The notes under the pieces were generated by a model. It did no database searches and was not told the origin of the DNA. It saw only the letters and a list, made by a program, of their open reading frames with translations. Positions 47,137-56,532 of a stretch of 63,121 nt of DNA are shown here, piece after piece. Positions within the stretch are counted from its first letter, which is position 1, and every line of letters starts with the position of its first letter. This stretch comes from an uncultured Congregibacter sp. (lineage in GTDB: Bacteria; Pseudomonadota; Gammaproteobacteria; Pseudomonadales; Halieaceae), in assembly GCA_964525195.1 (NCBI GenBank), contig CAZGGN010000001.1, positions 1 through 63,121 on the forward strand, given 5' to 3'. The position numbers and the translations under genes were made by a program.

Positions 47137-48494
47137 TGGACGGTACGATCGCCCTATGGATGTTTGCGGCAGTCTGTGGATTGCTCATGTTCGGCTATCC
47201 CGTGGCCTTCACCCTCGCCGGCACCGCGCTGCTGTTTGCCGCTGTCGGCACCATTGTCGGCGGCTTTGATCCGGCTTTTCTCGAGGCTCTGCCCGGGCGA
47301 CTCTTCGGCACGATCAGTAATGTGACGCTGATCGCCGTGCCGCTTTTTGTGATGATGGGCGTAGTGCTGGAAAAGTCGCGGGTTGCGGAGGAACTGCTCG
47401 AGAGCATGGCCGCGCTGCTCGGTCGGCTGCGTGGCGGGCTGGCGATCTCCGTGGTGCTGGTGGGGACGCTGCTCGCCGCGAGCACCGGTATCGTGGGCGC
47501 CACGGTGGTCACCATGGGACTTCTGTCACTGCCCAGCATGCTCCGCGCGGGCTATGGCACCAGTATCGCCACGGGCACGATCTGCGCCACGGGTACCCTC
47601 GGGCAGATCATTCCGCCATCCATCGCCCTGGTGCTCCTTGGCGATATTCTCTCCAGCGCGTACCAGCAGGCCCAGCTGCAACTGAATGTCTACAATCCCC
47701 AGACCGTGTCCGTGGGCGACCTGTTTGTCGGCGCCATTATTCCGGGGCTGCTTCTGGTCAGCCTCTACTGCCTGTATCTGCTGGCGATGGCTCTGCTGCG
47801 ACCCGATACGGTGCCCGCTGCAAAACTCCGGACTATGTCCTGGGGCAAGCTGCTGCACGGATTACTGCCGCCGCTGGTGCTGATCGCGGTCGTGCTCGGA
47901 TCAATCCTCGCCGGGGCCGCTACTCCCACCGAAGCGGCCGGGGTCGGCGCCACGGGCGCACTGATCCTTGCAGCGCTGCGCGGCGAAATTAATGGCCAGA
48001 AACTGCAGGAGATCGTTACCAATACCCTGCAGGTGACCGCCATGGTCTTCATGATCCTGATCGGCGCTGCGGTCTTTTCGCTGGTGTTCCGGGGCTTTGG
48101 CGGTGAGGAGTTGATTCAGAGCTTCTTCGCTGAACTCCCCGGCGGCGCCTTTGCTGCAACCCTGTTAGTTATGGTGGTGATTTTCGCGCTGGGCTTTGTG
48201 CTCGACTTTATTGAAATCACCTTTGTGGTCGTCCCCATCGTTGGACCGATCCTGCTCATGATGGGGGTTGATCCGATCTGGCTGGGCATCATGATCGCCA
48301 TTAACCTGCAGACCTCCTTCCTTACTCCGCCCTTTGGCTTTGCGCTCTTCTATTTGCGGGGGGTCGCCCCGGACTCCGTGCCGACCTCCGCAATCTACCG
48401 GGGCGTGGTACCCTTTATTCTTATACAACTGCTGGTGCTGGCCGCCCTCTGGCTGTGGCCGGCCCTGGCCACCTGGCTTCCGGCAAAACTCTGA
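47136..48494 (+). CDS. dctM: TRAP transporter large permease
   Basis: AVPLFV, GQIIPPS, TPTEAA, TSFLTPPFG. Confidence 0.95.
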   Translation: MDGTIALWMFAAVCGLLMFGYPVAFTLAGTALLFAAVGTIVGGFDPAFLEALPGRLFGTISNVTLIAVPLFVMMGVVLEKSRVAEELLESMAALLGRLRGGLAISVVLVGTLLAASTGIVGATVVTMGLLSLPSMLRAGYGTSIATGTICATGTLGQIIPPSIALVLLGDILSSAYQQAQLQLNVYNPQTVSVGDLFVGAIIPGLLLVSLYCLYLLAMALLRPDTVPAAKLRTMSWGKLLHGLLPPLVLIAVVLGSILAGAATPTEAAGVGATGALILAALRGEINGQKLQEIVTNTLQVTAMVFMILIGAAVFSLVFRGFGGEELIQSFFAELPGGAFAATLLVMVVIFALGFVLDFIEITFVVVPIVGPILLMMGVDPIWLGIMIAINLQTSFLTPPFGFALFYLRGVAPDSVPTSAIYRGVVPFILIQLLVLAALWLWPALATWLPAKL

Positions 48495-48513
48495 ACAGTG
48501 TGAACAATATTCG

Positions 48514-48915
48514 ATGAGCGATATCGACTCTACGCCTCTGCCCCAGGGGGAGCTCGCCCTGCAAACCATCGCCATGCCGCGTGACACCAATGCGTCTGGC
48601 GATATCTTTGGCGGCTGGCTGCTGTCGCAGATGGATCTTGCCGGCGCGATCACGGCGGGCGAGGTCGCACGCGGGCGGGTGGCCACCGTAGCGATCGATG
48701 GCATGGCGTTTATCACCCCGGTCCACGTCGGCGCGGTGGTGTCCTGCTACTGCGATGTCATCGAAATTGGTCGTTCATCGGTGCGGATTATGGTCGAAGT
48801 CTGGATCAATTCGCCGCACGACGGCGAACCCATCAAGGTCACCGAAGGCGAGTTCGTCTTCGTGGCCATCGATGATCAGCGGCGCACGCGCACGATTACC
48901 CAGACTCAGGGGTAA
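48514..48915 (+). CDS. yciA: Hotdog-fold acyl-CoA thioesterase (YciA family)
   Basis: AMPRDTNASGDIFGGWLLSQMD, FVFVAID. Confidence 0.9.
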   Translation: MSDIDSTPLPQGELALQTIAMPRDTNASGDIFGGWLLSQMDLAGAITAGEVARGRVATVAIDGMAFITPVHVGAVVSCYCDVIEIGRSSVRIMVEVWINSPHDGEPIKVTEGEFVFVAIDDQRRTRTITQTQG

Positions 48916-48945
48916 TTGCGGTCACCGGAGACCGCAACGCGGGCC

Positions 48946-50118
48946 TTACTTGTCGTTGATCAAGGCCCCCATCACGTCACGACGGGCGTTGAGGTAAGCC
49001 TGTTCGGAGATTTCGTGATAGGCACGCACATCCTTGAGAAATACCGAATAAGATGCCTGAACCCTCGCCGCCATGGGATCCTCGGCGACCAGTCTCGCCA
49101 TGGCCTCCTCGCTACCCTGATACAGCGCAGCCAGCACATCATCCGGCAGGCGCCGGAGTTTCACCCCATGCTGCTCGATCATTTCGCGCAGCGCGCGATT
49201 ATTCCGCGCGGTGAATTCATCAAGCATATCCTGATTGGCCGCCCGGGCTGCATAGCGGACGATCGCCTGCAAGTCTTCCGGAAGCGCCGCCAAGGCCTTC
49301 GCGTTGACGCTAAACTCAAGCATTGATCCGGGTTCATGCCAGCCCGGGTAGTAGTAATACTCAGCAATCTCGTGCAGACCCAGGGCGAGGTCGTTGTAGG
49401 GCCCGACCCATTCCACTGCATCAATCACCCCGGTCTGTAAAGCGGTATACACCTCACCGCCCGGGATTCGCACCGCCTCACCGCCGGCGGCGCTGAAGAC
49501 CTCACCCGCCAGTCCCGGAATACGCATGCGCAGGCCACGAAGGTCTTCCAGGGAGTTGATCTCGCGATTAAACCAGCCGGCCATCTGGACGCCGGTACTG
49601 CCACCGGCGAGCGGCACGATCCCCGCGGGCGCGTAGGCCTCCTCCCAGAGTTCCATGCCGCCCCCGTAGTGCAGCCAGCCGTTCATTTCCTGCGCACTCA
49701 TGCCGAAGGGGATGGCAGTGAAGAACACCGAGGAGGGGATTTTCCCCTTCCAGTAATAGGATGCACCGTGGCCCACCTGCGCCACACCCGAGGATACGGC
49801 ATCAAAAACCTCAAAGGCCGGCACAATCTCTCCCGCGCCATAGACTTTGATGTGCATGCGTCCGGCGCTCATCTCGCTCACCATGCGGGCGAAGACTTCC
49901 GGGGTATGCCCGAGCCCGGGGAGGTTCTTCGGCCAGGTGGTGACGAGCTTCCATTCGATGGTCGCACCGCCCTGACCCAGTTGACCGGCGTTGCCGGGGC
50001 CGGCGCGGCGATCACTGCTCACCCGCTCAAAGGCCCAAAGGCCTATCAACAAGACCAGCAGCGCGGATAAGAGCAGCACCGCCAGGGCTTCCCGATTGAT
50101 CGCTTTACTACCGCTCAT
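48946..50118 (-). CDS. dctP: TRAP substrate-binding protein (TakP/FcbT1-like)
   Basis: WKLVTTWP, SYYWKGK, QMAGWF, MRIPG, EWVGPYND, YYPGWHEPG. Confidence 0.92.
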   Translation of the reverse strand: MSGSKAINREALAVLLLSALLVLLIGLWAFERVSSDRRAGPGNAGQLGQGGATIEWKLVTTWPKNLPGLGHTPEVFARMVSEMSAGRMHIKVYGAGEIVPAFEVFDAVSSGVAQVGHGASYYWKGKIPSSVFFTAIPFGMSAQEMNGWLHYGGGMELWEEAYAPAGIVPLAGGSTGVQMAGWFNREINSLEDLRGLRMRIPGLAGEVFSAAGGEAVRIPGGEVYTALQTGVIDAVEWVGPYNDLALGLHEIAEYYYYPGWHEPGSMLEFSVNAKALAALPEDLQAIVRYAARAANQDMLDEFTARNNRALREMIEQHGVKLRRLPDDVLAALYQGSEEAMARLVAEDPMAARVQASYSVFLKDVRAYHEISEQAYLNARRDVMGALINDK

Positions 50119-50174
50119 TGCACCATTGCTCCAGGCCAGAGGCTACTGCGATGACTGTTATTATCTGCCGGGTA

Positions 50175-52328
50175 TTACAGCGCCTGTAGTTTCGCATACT
50201 GAACCACCAGCCACTTGGTACCTTCGGCGTCAAAGTTCACCTCGACCCGCGCATTGCTGCCGCGACCCTCGAAATTCAGCACCACGCCCTCACCAAACAT
50301 CGGGTGGTACACACGCTGGCCCAGATTCAAGCCGCTGTCGCCGGGAGGGGCACTGCCGGACAGATGGCTCAGCGGGCGACTGATTTTGGTCTGCAGGCGC
50401 ACCTCATTCACCAGCTCCGCGGGGATTTCGCGCACAAAGCGCGAAGGCGGGTTGTAACTTTCGCTACCGTGGAGACGCCGGCTTTCGGCGTAGGTCAGGA
50501 CCAGGCGCTCCATGGCGCGGGTAATACCAACATAGCAAAGACGCCGCTCCTCCTCGAGGCGCCCGGGCTCCTCGATGGACATCCGGTGCGGAAACAGGTT
50601 TTCTTCCATGCCGCAGAGAAAGACCAGGGGAAACTCAAGACCCTTGGCCGAATGCAGCGTCATCAGCTGCACGCTATCCTCGTGCGCATCTGCCTGGCCT
50701 TCACCGGCATCCAGGGCGGCGCTGTCGACAAACTGCTGCAACGGCGATAAATCATCACCTTCGGGGACAAAGCTGCGCGCAGCGCTGACCAGTTCTTCGA
50801 GGTTCTCGACCCGGGCCAGTCCCTTCTCGCCCTTTTCTTTTTCGTGGTAATCGATCAGCCCGCTGCGCCGAACGGTCTGATCCACCAGTTCCTCAAGGGT
50901 CATCGGGTCCGTCAGGGAATCCAGCTCGTTGACCAGCACCTGAAAGCCTTCGAGAGCCGTCAGGGCCCGGGCGGGCAGGAGTTTGTGCTCCCGGCAGGCA
51001 GTCATCGCCTGCCACAGCGAACTCTGCTGTTCCCGGGCGGTTTCACGCAGTGTATCCAGCGTTTTACTACCGATACCCCGGGGCGGTGTATTAATCACCC
51101 GCTCAATCGCCGCGTCGTCACCGCGACTGACCAGCAGGCGCAGGTAGGCCATGGCGTTGCGGATTTCCAGGCGCTCGTAGAAACGCTGGCCGCCGTAGAT
51201 TCGGTAGGGCAGGCCGCTGCGCAGGAGCGCCTCCTCAAGCACCCGGGACTGGGCATTTGAGCGGTAGAGAATCGCTACCGAGCGCCGCGCCTGACCGTTG
51301 TTAATCCAGCTTTCGATCTGCTCGACAATAAAGCGCGCTTCATCCTGCTCATTAAAGCCCGCGTAAAGCTGAATCCGTTCGCCCTCATCGCCGGCGCTCC
51401 ACAGCTCCTTGCCCAGGCGGCCACTGTTGTGGCTGATCACGCCGTTGGCGGCCTGCAGTATGGTCTGCGTAGAGCGATAATTCTGCTCCAGGCGGACCAC
51501 CTGGGTGCCGGGAAAGTCCTCACCAAAGCGTTGGATATTCTCGATTTTGGCACCGCGCCAGCCGTAAATTGACTGATCATCGTCACCCACCGCCACGACG
51601 GGAATCTGTGTCCCCGCCAGCACGCGCAGCCAGGCGTACTGGATCGTATTGGTATCCTGGAACTCGTCCACCAGAACCTGCCTGAAGCGACCCTGATAGT
51701 GCGCCAGCACCTCCGGCGCCTTGAGCCAGAGTTCATGTGCCCGCAGCAGCAATTCCGCAAAATCCACCATACCGCCGCGCTCGCAGGCTTCCTCATACGC
51801 CGCGTAAACGCGCAGCATGGTCTTGATATACAGATCACCCAGGGGGGGCTCAATGTGGGCTGCACGGAGCCCCTCATCTTTCTGAGCATTGATAAACCAC
51901 TGGGCCTGCTTCGGCGGCCAGCGGGACTCGTCGAGCTGCAGCTCCCGGCAGACTCGCTTGACCAGTCGCAGCTGATCATCGCTGTCGAGGATCTGAAAGT
52001 TCTGCGGCAGTCGCGCTTCTTTCCAGTGGGTTTTCAGGAGACGGTGCGCCAGGCCGTGGAAAGTACCGACCCACATGCTGTGCGTCGGAATCTGGAGCAT
52101 ATGCTCGATGCGCCCGCGCATCTCCCGGGCTGCCTTGTTGGTAAAGGTCACCGCCAGCACCGCGTGCGGCGACAGCCCCCCGGCGCGAATCAGCCAGGCA
52201 ATGCGGTGTACCAGAACGCGGGTTTTCCCCGACCCGGCGCCGGCGAGAACCAGCATGTTGCCGCTCTCAGCCGCGACCGCATCGCGCTGCGCGTCATTAA
52301 GTCCTGTAAGAATATCGCTAACGTCCAT
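50175..52328 (-). CDS. uvrD: DNA helicase II
   Basis: AGAGSGKTRVL, DEFQD, GDDDQSIY, LEQNYRS, HSAKGLEF, EERRLCYV. Confidence 0.98.
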   Translation of the reverse strand: MDVSDILTGLNDAQRDAVAAESGNMLVLAGAGSGKTRVLVHRIAWLIRAGGLSPHAVLAVTFTNKAAREMRGRIEHMLQIPTHSMWVGTFHGLAHRLLKTHWKEARLPQNFQILDSDDQLRLVKRVCRELQLDESRWPPKQAQWFINAQKDEGLRAAHIEPPLGDLYIKTMLRVYAAYEEACERGGMVDFAELLLRAHELWLKAPEVLAHYQGRFRQVLVDEFQDTNTIQYAWLRVLAGTQIPVVAVGDDDQSIYGWRGAKIENIQRFGEDFPGTQVVRLEQNYRSTQTILQAANGVISHNSGRLGKELWSAGDEGERIQLYAGFNEQDEARFIVEQIESWINNGQARRSVAILYRSNAQSRVLEEALLRSGLPYRIYGGQRFYERLEIRNAMAYLRLLVSRGDDAAIERVINTPPRGIGSKTLDTLRETAREQQSSLWQAMTACREHKLLPARALTALEGFQVLVNELDSLTDPMTLEELVDQTVRRSGLIDYHEKEKGEKGLARVENLEELVSAARSFVPEGDDLSPLQQFVDSAALDAGEGQADAHEDSVQLMTLHSAKGLEFPLVFLCGMEENLFPHRMSIEEPGRLEEERRLCYVGITRAMERLVLTYAESRRLHGSESYNPPSRFVREIPAELVNEVRLQTKISRPLSHLSGSAPPGDSGLNLGQRVYHPMFGEGVVLNFEGRGSNARVEVNFDAEGTKWLVVQYAKLQAL

Positions 52329-52441
52329 GGGCGGCATTCTAACCGCTTCAACCCCATCGCTGGCGAAAAACGCCGAGCGCAAGCGTTGGCGCGTATGCTC
52401 TGCTACTATCGCCCGCGTGTGAAATCCTCTGGTTAAAGTCG

Positions 52442-54097
52442 ATGGCAACAGACGAGAAGGATCCGGATTCCAACGCAGACGGCGACGGCCGGGAGCCCTT
52501 TGTGGATCGCGACGATGACAGCAGCTCTTCCTTTGTCGACCGTGATGTGGACGACGCGGACATGCTGTCGATAGATGATGCTGAAGACGCAGACCCGGGC
52601 TACGCCGCATTTGCCGGCGAACTCGAAGACCCCCTGGCCGACTGGCCCTCGCCCGATGCCCCCCTTGATGCGCTGCCGGAAATGCGCGGGGCCAATGGCC
52701 CGCACAGGAACCGCCAGGAACACGCGACCATCAGCGATGACCGGGCAGAGCAGCCCCGGGAGTACGAAAGCTACGCGGACGATGAGGCTGAAGACATCTC
52801 GCCGGCCTCAGCCTCGGACGATATGCTATTTGCAGATGACAACAGTACGCCGGACTCGCTGACACCGGATGCGGTTGATAGTGACCATCCCACAGCCCCC
52901 CCGTTGCCAGCAACGAATGAGACCATGGCGCAGCCCCGGGCCACCGGGATTCCGGTGTCTGCCCCTGACAACGTTCCTGAGCCACCGTCCGCGGCCGGGA
53001 CCATGTCAGACTCCGTCTCAAAATCCATCCCGGGATCTATCTCAGAATCTGTGTCGGAACCCATGTCACATCCTCCGGCAGACCGGGAAGATCCGGTCTA
53101 CGACCGGGATACACTCCCAAAGGACGCCGAAGAACAGTACTTCGAGGAGCTGCACTTCGAAGATGAGGCAACCGACACCCCTGACGAGGACGATTACGAC
53201 GAGGAGTTTGTCGACGACTTCCTCAATGACCTCGATCCTCCTGCTGCCGATGACGATGCACAATCAGCCCCGGTCGATGAGTTTGGGGACAAGGAGGACT
53301 CTCTTTTTGATGAACCGTCTCCCCTCGCGGCAGCCGCCGCAGCCAGTACAGTAGAAAAAATGACCACTTCAAATGCAAAGCGAAATGCAGACCAGGAACC
53401 ACCCCGGGCCCGGCGACCGGCGACCGGCGGGCCTGGCGATACCCCGGAGCGCGCATTACCGGTCGGGATGATTGTGGTTGTGATCATCGCCCTGGTGCTG
53501 CTGGGCATCGGCGGCTACGGCGTTGTGCAACAGCGCGCAGAAATGGAGTCTGAAATTCGCGATCTTCAGGCGCGACTCGCAACCGCCGTGAGCCCGGAAG
53601 AAGCTGAAGCGGAACGTGAGCTGCAGCGTCAGGTCCAGCTGGAGAATGAGTCCCTGGGCACAGAGCTTGAAGCGCTGACTGCAGAAAACAGCGCGCTGGC
53701 CGAGCAACTCGCCGAGCTGACCGCGGCGCTGGAAGAAAAGGAGGCGGCGAGTGCCGCGGCGGAACAAAAGGCAGCGCAACTGCGCCAGGCACAGGCAGAG
53801 CAATCCGCCGCCAAGCCAAAGCCCCCCGCGACGGCGAGCAACACGGCGGCAACAGCCGTGACCGGACGCTGGTTTGTCAATTTCGGATCCTATGCAGAAC
53901 GCCCCCTGGCAGATCGCTGGGCGGCGAGGCTTTCTGTCGATGACGGCAAGGTCGTGGTACAAACCGCCTCGGCTGCCGGCAAAACGCTGTACCGGGTGCG
54001 CGTGATTGATCTGGGCGATCAGGACGCGGCGGAACGTGTTGCGACGGCGCTGGAGCGACAGTACCAACTGCCCCGACTGTGGGTAGGGAAAAACTGA
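52442..54097 (+). CDS. SPOR-domain protein with acidic disordered N-terminus, TM and coiled coil
   Basis: D/E-rich first ~340 aa, hydrophobic TM, coiled coil, WFVNFGSY...LYRVRV SPOR domain. Confidence 0.85.
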   Translation: MATDEKDPDSNADGDGREPFVDRDDDSSSSFVDRDVDDADMLSIDDAEDADPGYAAFAGELEDPLADWPSPDAPLDALPEMRGANGPHRNRQEHATISDDRAEQPREYESYADDEAEDISPASASDDMLFADDNSTPDSLTPDAVDSDHPTAPPLPATNETMAQPRATGIPVSAPDNVPEPPSAAGTMSDSVSKSIPGSISESVSEPMSHPPADREDPVYDRDTLPKDAEEQYFEELHFEDEATDTPDEDDYDEEFVDDFLNDLDPPAADDDAQSAPVDEFGDKEDSLFDEPSPLAAAAAASTVEKMTTSNAKRNADQEPPRARRPATGGPGDTPERALPVGMIVVVIIALVLLGIGGYGVVQQRAEMESEIRDLQARLATAVSPEEAEAERELQRQVQLENESLGTELEALTAENSALAEQLAELTAALEEKEAASAAAEQKAAQLRQAQAEQSAAKPKPPATASNTAATAVTGRWFVNFGSYAERPLADRWAARLSVDDGKVVVQTASAAGKTLYRVRVIDLGDQDAAERVATALERQYQLPRLWVGKN

Positions 54098-54116
54098 CCA
54101 ACGGAGGTATCGGGCC

Positions 54117-54542
54117 GTGAGTAAAACATGTCAAGCAGGCGAGAGCCGCACGTCATCCACCCTGCATGCGACGCTGCTGAGCATGGCGCTGATGGGAAGC
54201 ATCGCCTTGAGTGTCCAGGCCTTCGCAGCCGCAGACTGCGAGGCACCGGTTCAGCCGACTATGCCGGATGGGGCAAAGGCCACGATGGAAGAAATGCTTG
54301 CAGGACAACAAGCGGTGAAGGCCTTCCAGACAGAAAACATGCAATACATGCAGTGCCTTGAAGCCCTCTATACCGCGGCGGAAGGGAAGGCAAAAGCAGC
54401 GAAGGACAAGAGTGTGCGGGATGCTGCTGAAGCGCAGTATCGGGAATCCATCGAGGCCTACAATACCGCTGTCTCCGTCGAAGAAGAGGTCGCAGGGGCC
54501 TTTAACATCGCGCTGCGAGCCTACAAGGCGGCAAACCGCTAA
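54117..54542 (+). CDS. Small exported helical hypothetical protein
   Basis: SD GGAGG; signal peptide ending AFA; two Cys; MPDGAKATMEEMLAGQ. Confidence 0.75.
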   Translation: MSKTCQAGESRTSSTLHATLLSMALMGSIALSVQAFAAADCEAPVQPTMPDGAKATMEEMLAGQQAVKAFQTENMQYMQCLEALYTAAEGKAKAAKDKSVRDAAEAQYRESIEAYNTAVSVEEEVAGAFNIALRAYKAANR

Positions 54543-54703
54543 CCCTCTGTGCAGATCGAACAGTTGCAGTTTTCACGTTCTACCGTATCAGGCGCCAGAA
54601 CGCTGTGAAGCGGACCGCGCCGCAGTGACAGCCTCCCTGCCACTCGCTCTGCCTGCCCATCGATCAAAGCCGTCGCCGGGTGATAAGCGAGGATATCGCG
54701 TCC

Positions 54704-55021
54704 TCACTCAAGCCTAAAGCGTGAGCGAAAGCTGCCCTTCAGGGACCCGGTGCTGCGATCGGTAGCATCAATGATTCCCATGAGCTCCTCGACAAACACC
54801 GAGTCTGGCGCGGCGGCAAGACCCTCGAGATTGACCGGACAGTTGGCCTGAACGATAGCGATATCGCGCTGAAGCCCCTCACGATCCAGCAATCCCAGAA
54901 TTCGAGAGACGCGATTACAAATTGCAATGACGTTCGCGAGTTCACCACCGCTGAGGGGTTCGTCAAAGCCCTTTGCCCGGGTGCGCGTCTGTCGCGCATG
55001 ACCTGCAGCCAGATTTCCCAC
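54704..55021 (-). CDS. Small hypothetical protein resembling DUF6874
   Basis: SD GGAGG + GTG; DIAIVQANCPVNLEGLAAA..F..E..GI....DRSTG.L...F..RF pattern (family recalled, not searched). Confidence 0.55.
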   Translation of the reverse strand: MGNLAAGHARQTRTRAKGFDEPLSGGELANVIAICNRVSRILGLLDREGLQRDIAIVQANCPVNLEGLAAAPDSVFVEELMGIIDATDRSTGSLKGSFRSRFRLE

Positions 55022-55313
55022 TGTGCCTCCGTTATTGCCGATAAAAAGTCGGGGAGTCGCTTGGGCGAATCCCCACAGCAAGCGCCCCACAATAAGCGCA
55101 ACAGGCCTCAAGCGCCTATGAGCAGCAGATAAATCTGTGCAGCAGATCGCAGTTTTCGGGCGGGAGTGCAAGGGGGTGCCCGTCGGCGCAGGCAGCTGGC
55201 AGTGACATAGGGGCCGCGGGATCTTGAAGAGTTTCCCCGCGATCGCGCTCTGACGACCCTTCACAATCGGCTACGCGGTACACTTCGCTTCTACACGGTA
55301 AGGACAAACACCC

Positions 55314-56519
55314 ATGCTCAACGCTTTTATCTGCGATGCAGTGCGTACGCCCATTGGCCGCTACGCCGGCGCGCTTTCCACTGTCAGAACCGATGATCTC
55401 GCCGCGATTCCCTTGCGAACGCTGATCGAGCGGAATCCGCAGATTGACTGGACAAGAGTCGAAGACGTACTGATGGGCTGCGCCAATCAGGCCGGAGAAG
55501 ACAATCGCAACGTTGCGCGAATGAGCGCGTTGCTGGCGGGTCTTCCGGTGAATGTTCCGGGCGTCACCATTAACCGCCTATGTGGTTCGGGGATGGATGC
55601 GGTCGGTACCGCTGCCCGCGCCATCAAGGCAGGTGAGGCCGACTTGCTCATCGCCGGTGGCGTGGAATCCATGTCACGTGCGCCCTTTGTCATGGGCAAA
55701 TCGACCCAGGCCTTCTCCCGCGCCGCCGAGTTGCAGGACACCACCATGGGCTGGCGCTTTATCAATCCCGCGCTGCAGGCAGCCTATGGCACCGAAACCA
55801 TGCCGGAAACGGCGGAAAACGTGGCAGCGCGTTTTTCCGTGTCCAGAGCCGATCAGGACGCCTTCGCCCTGCGCAGCCAGCAACGCGCGGTTGCCGCCCA
55901 GAACAGCGGCAGACTGGCTCGAGAGATTTGCCCGGTGAGCATCCCGAAAAGGAAAGGCGACGCACTGGTCGTGGACAAAGATGAGCACCCCCGGGCCGAT
56001 AGCTCCCTCGAGGTCCTCGCCAGTCTGCCCACACCTTTTCGCGAAGGCGGCACGGTCACCGCCGGTAATGCCTCCGGGATCAACGACGGCGCATGCGCGC
56101 TGCTGCTCGCGTCCGAGGCCGCAGCCCGGGATCACGGACTCACACCGCGAGCCCGGATTGTCTCCATGGCCGTCAGTGCGCTGGAGCCCTCCATCATGGG
56201 CTACGGGCCGGTCGATGCGACGCGAAAGGTACTGGGCCGTTGTGGACTGGATGTGGAATCAATGGACGTTATTGAGCTCAACGAGGCCTTCGCGGCCCAG
56301 GCGCTGGCCGTCACCCGGGCTCTGAAGCTTGCGGATGATGCAGAGCATGTCAATCCCAACGGCGGCGCGATTGCCCTGGGACACCCCCTGGGTATGTCCG
56401 GCGCACGACTGCTGCTCACCGCTACCGAGGAGCTACAACAACGGCAGGGCCGCTACGCGCTCTGCGCCATGTGTATCGGTGTCGGCCAGGGCATCGCCAT
56501 TCTGCTTGAGCGCGTGTAA
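55314..56519 (+). CDS. pcaF: 3-oxoadipyl-CoA thiolase (PcaF/PaaJ type)
   Basis: [49 protein letters not shown]. Confidence 0.92.
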   Translation: MLNAFICDAVRTPIGRYAGALSTVRTDDLAAIPLRTLIERNPQIDWTRVEDVLMGCANQAGEDNRNVARMSALLAGLPVNVPGVTINRLCGSGMDAVGTAARAIKAGEADLLIAGGVESMSRAPFVMGKSTQAFSRAAELQDTTMGWRFINPALQAAYGTETMPETAENVAARFSVSRADQDAFALRSQQRAVAAQNSGRLAREICPVSIPKRKGDALVVDKDEHPRADSSLEVLASLPTPFREGGTVTAGNASGINDGACALLLASEAAARDHGLTPRARIVSMAVSALEPSIMGYGPVDATRKVLGRCGLDVESMDVIELNEAFAAQALAVTRALKLADDAEHVNPNGGAIALGHPLGMSGARLLLTATEELQQRQGRYALCAMCIGVGQGIAILLERV

Positions 56520-56532
56520 ACCGTCGCCCGGA

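Noticed and set aside
50175-52610. N-terminal extensions in the ORF track for uvrD (also ftsE, pyrE, rpoZ, ridA, metW, pcaJ, trmB)
   Set aside because: Artefacts of longest-ORF calling; conserved starts lie downstream.
54547-54563. CTGT...ACAG as a LexA box
   Set aside because: The spacer is 9 nt rather than 8 and GC-rich; it is not upstream of an SOS gene.
54725-55132. Long stop-free plus-strand frame, or a large structured ncRNA, in the apparent intergenic gap
   Set aside because: No early start codon or SD on +; the antisense frame has an SD and a family-like motif; no RNA family recognised (an Rfam scan would settle this).
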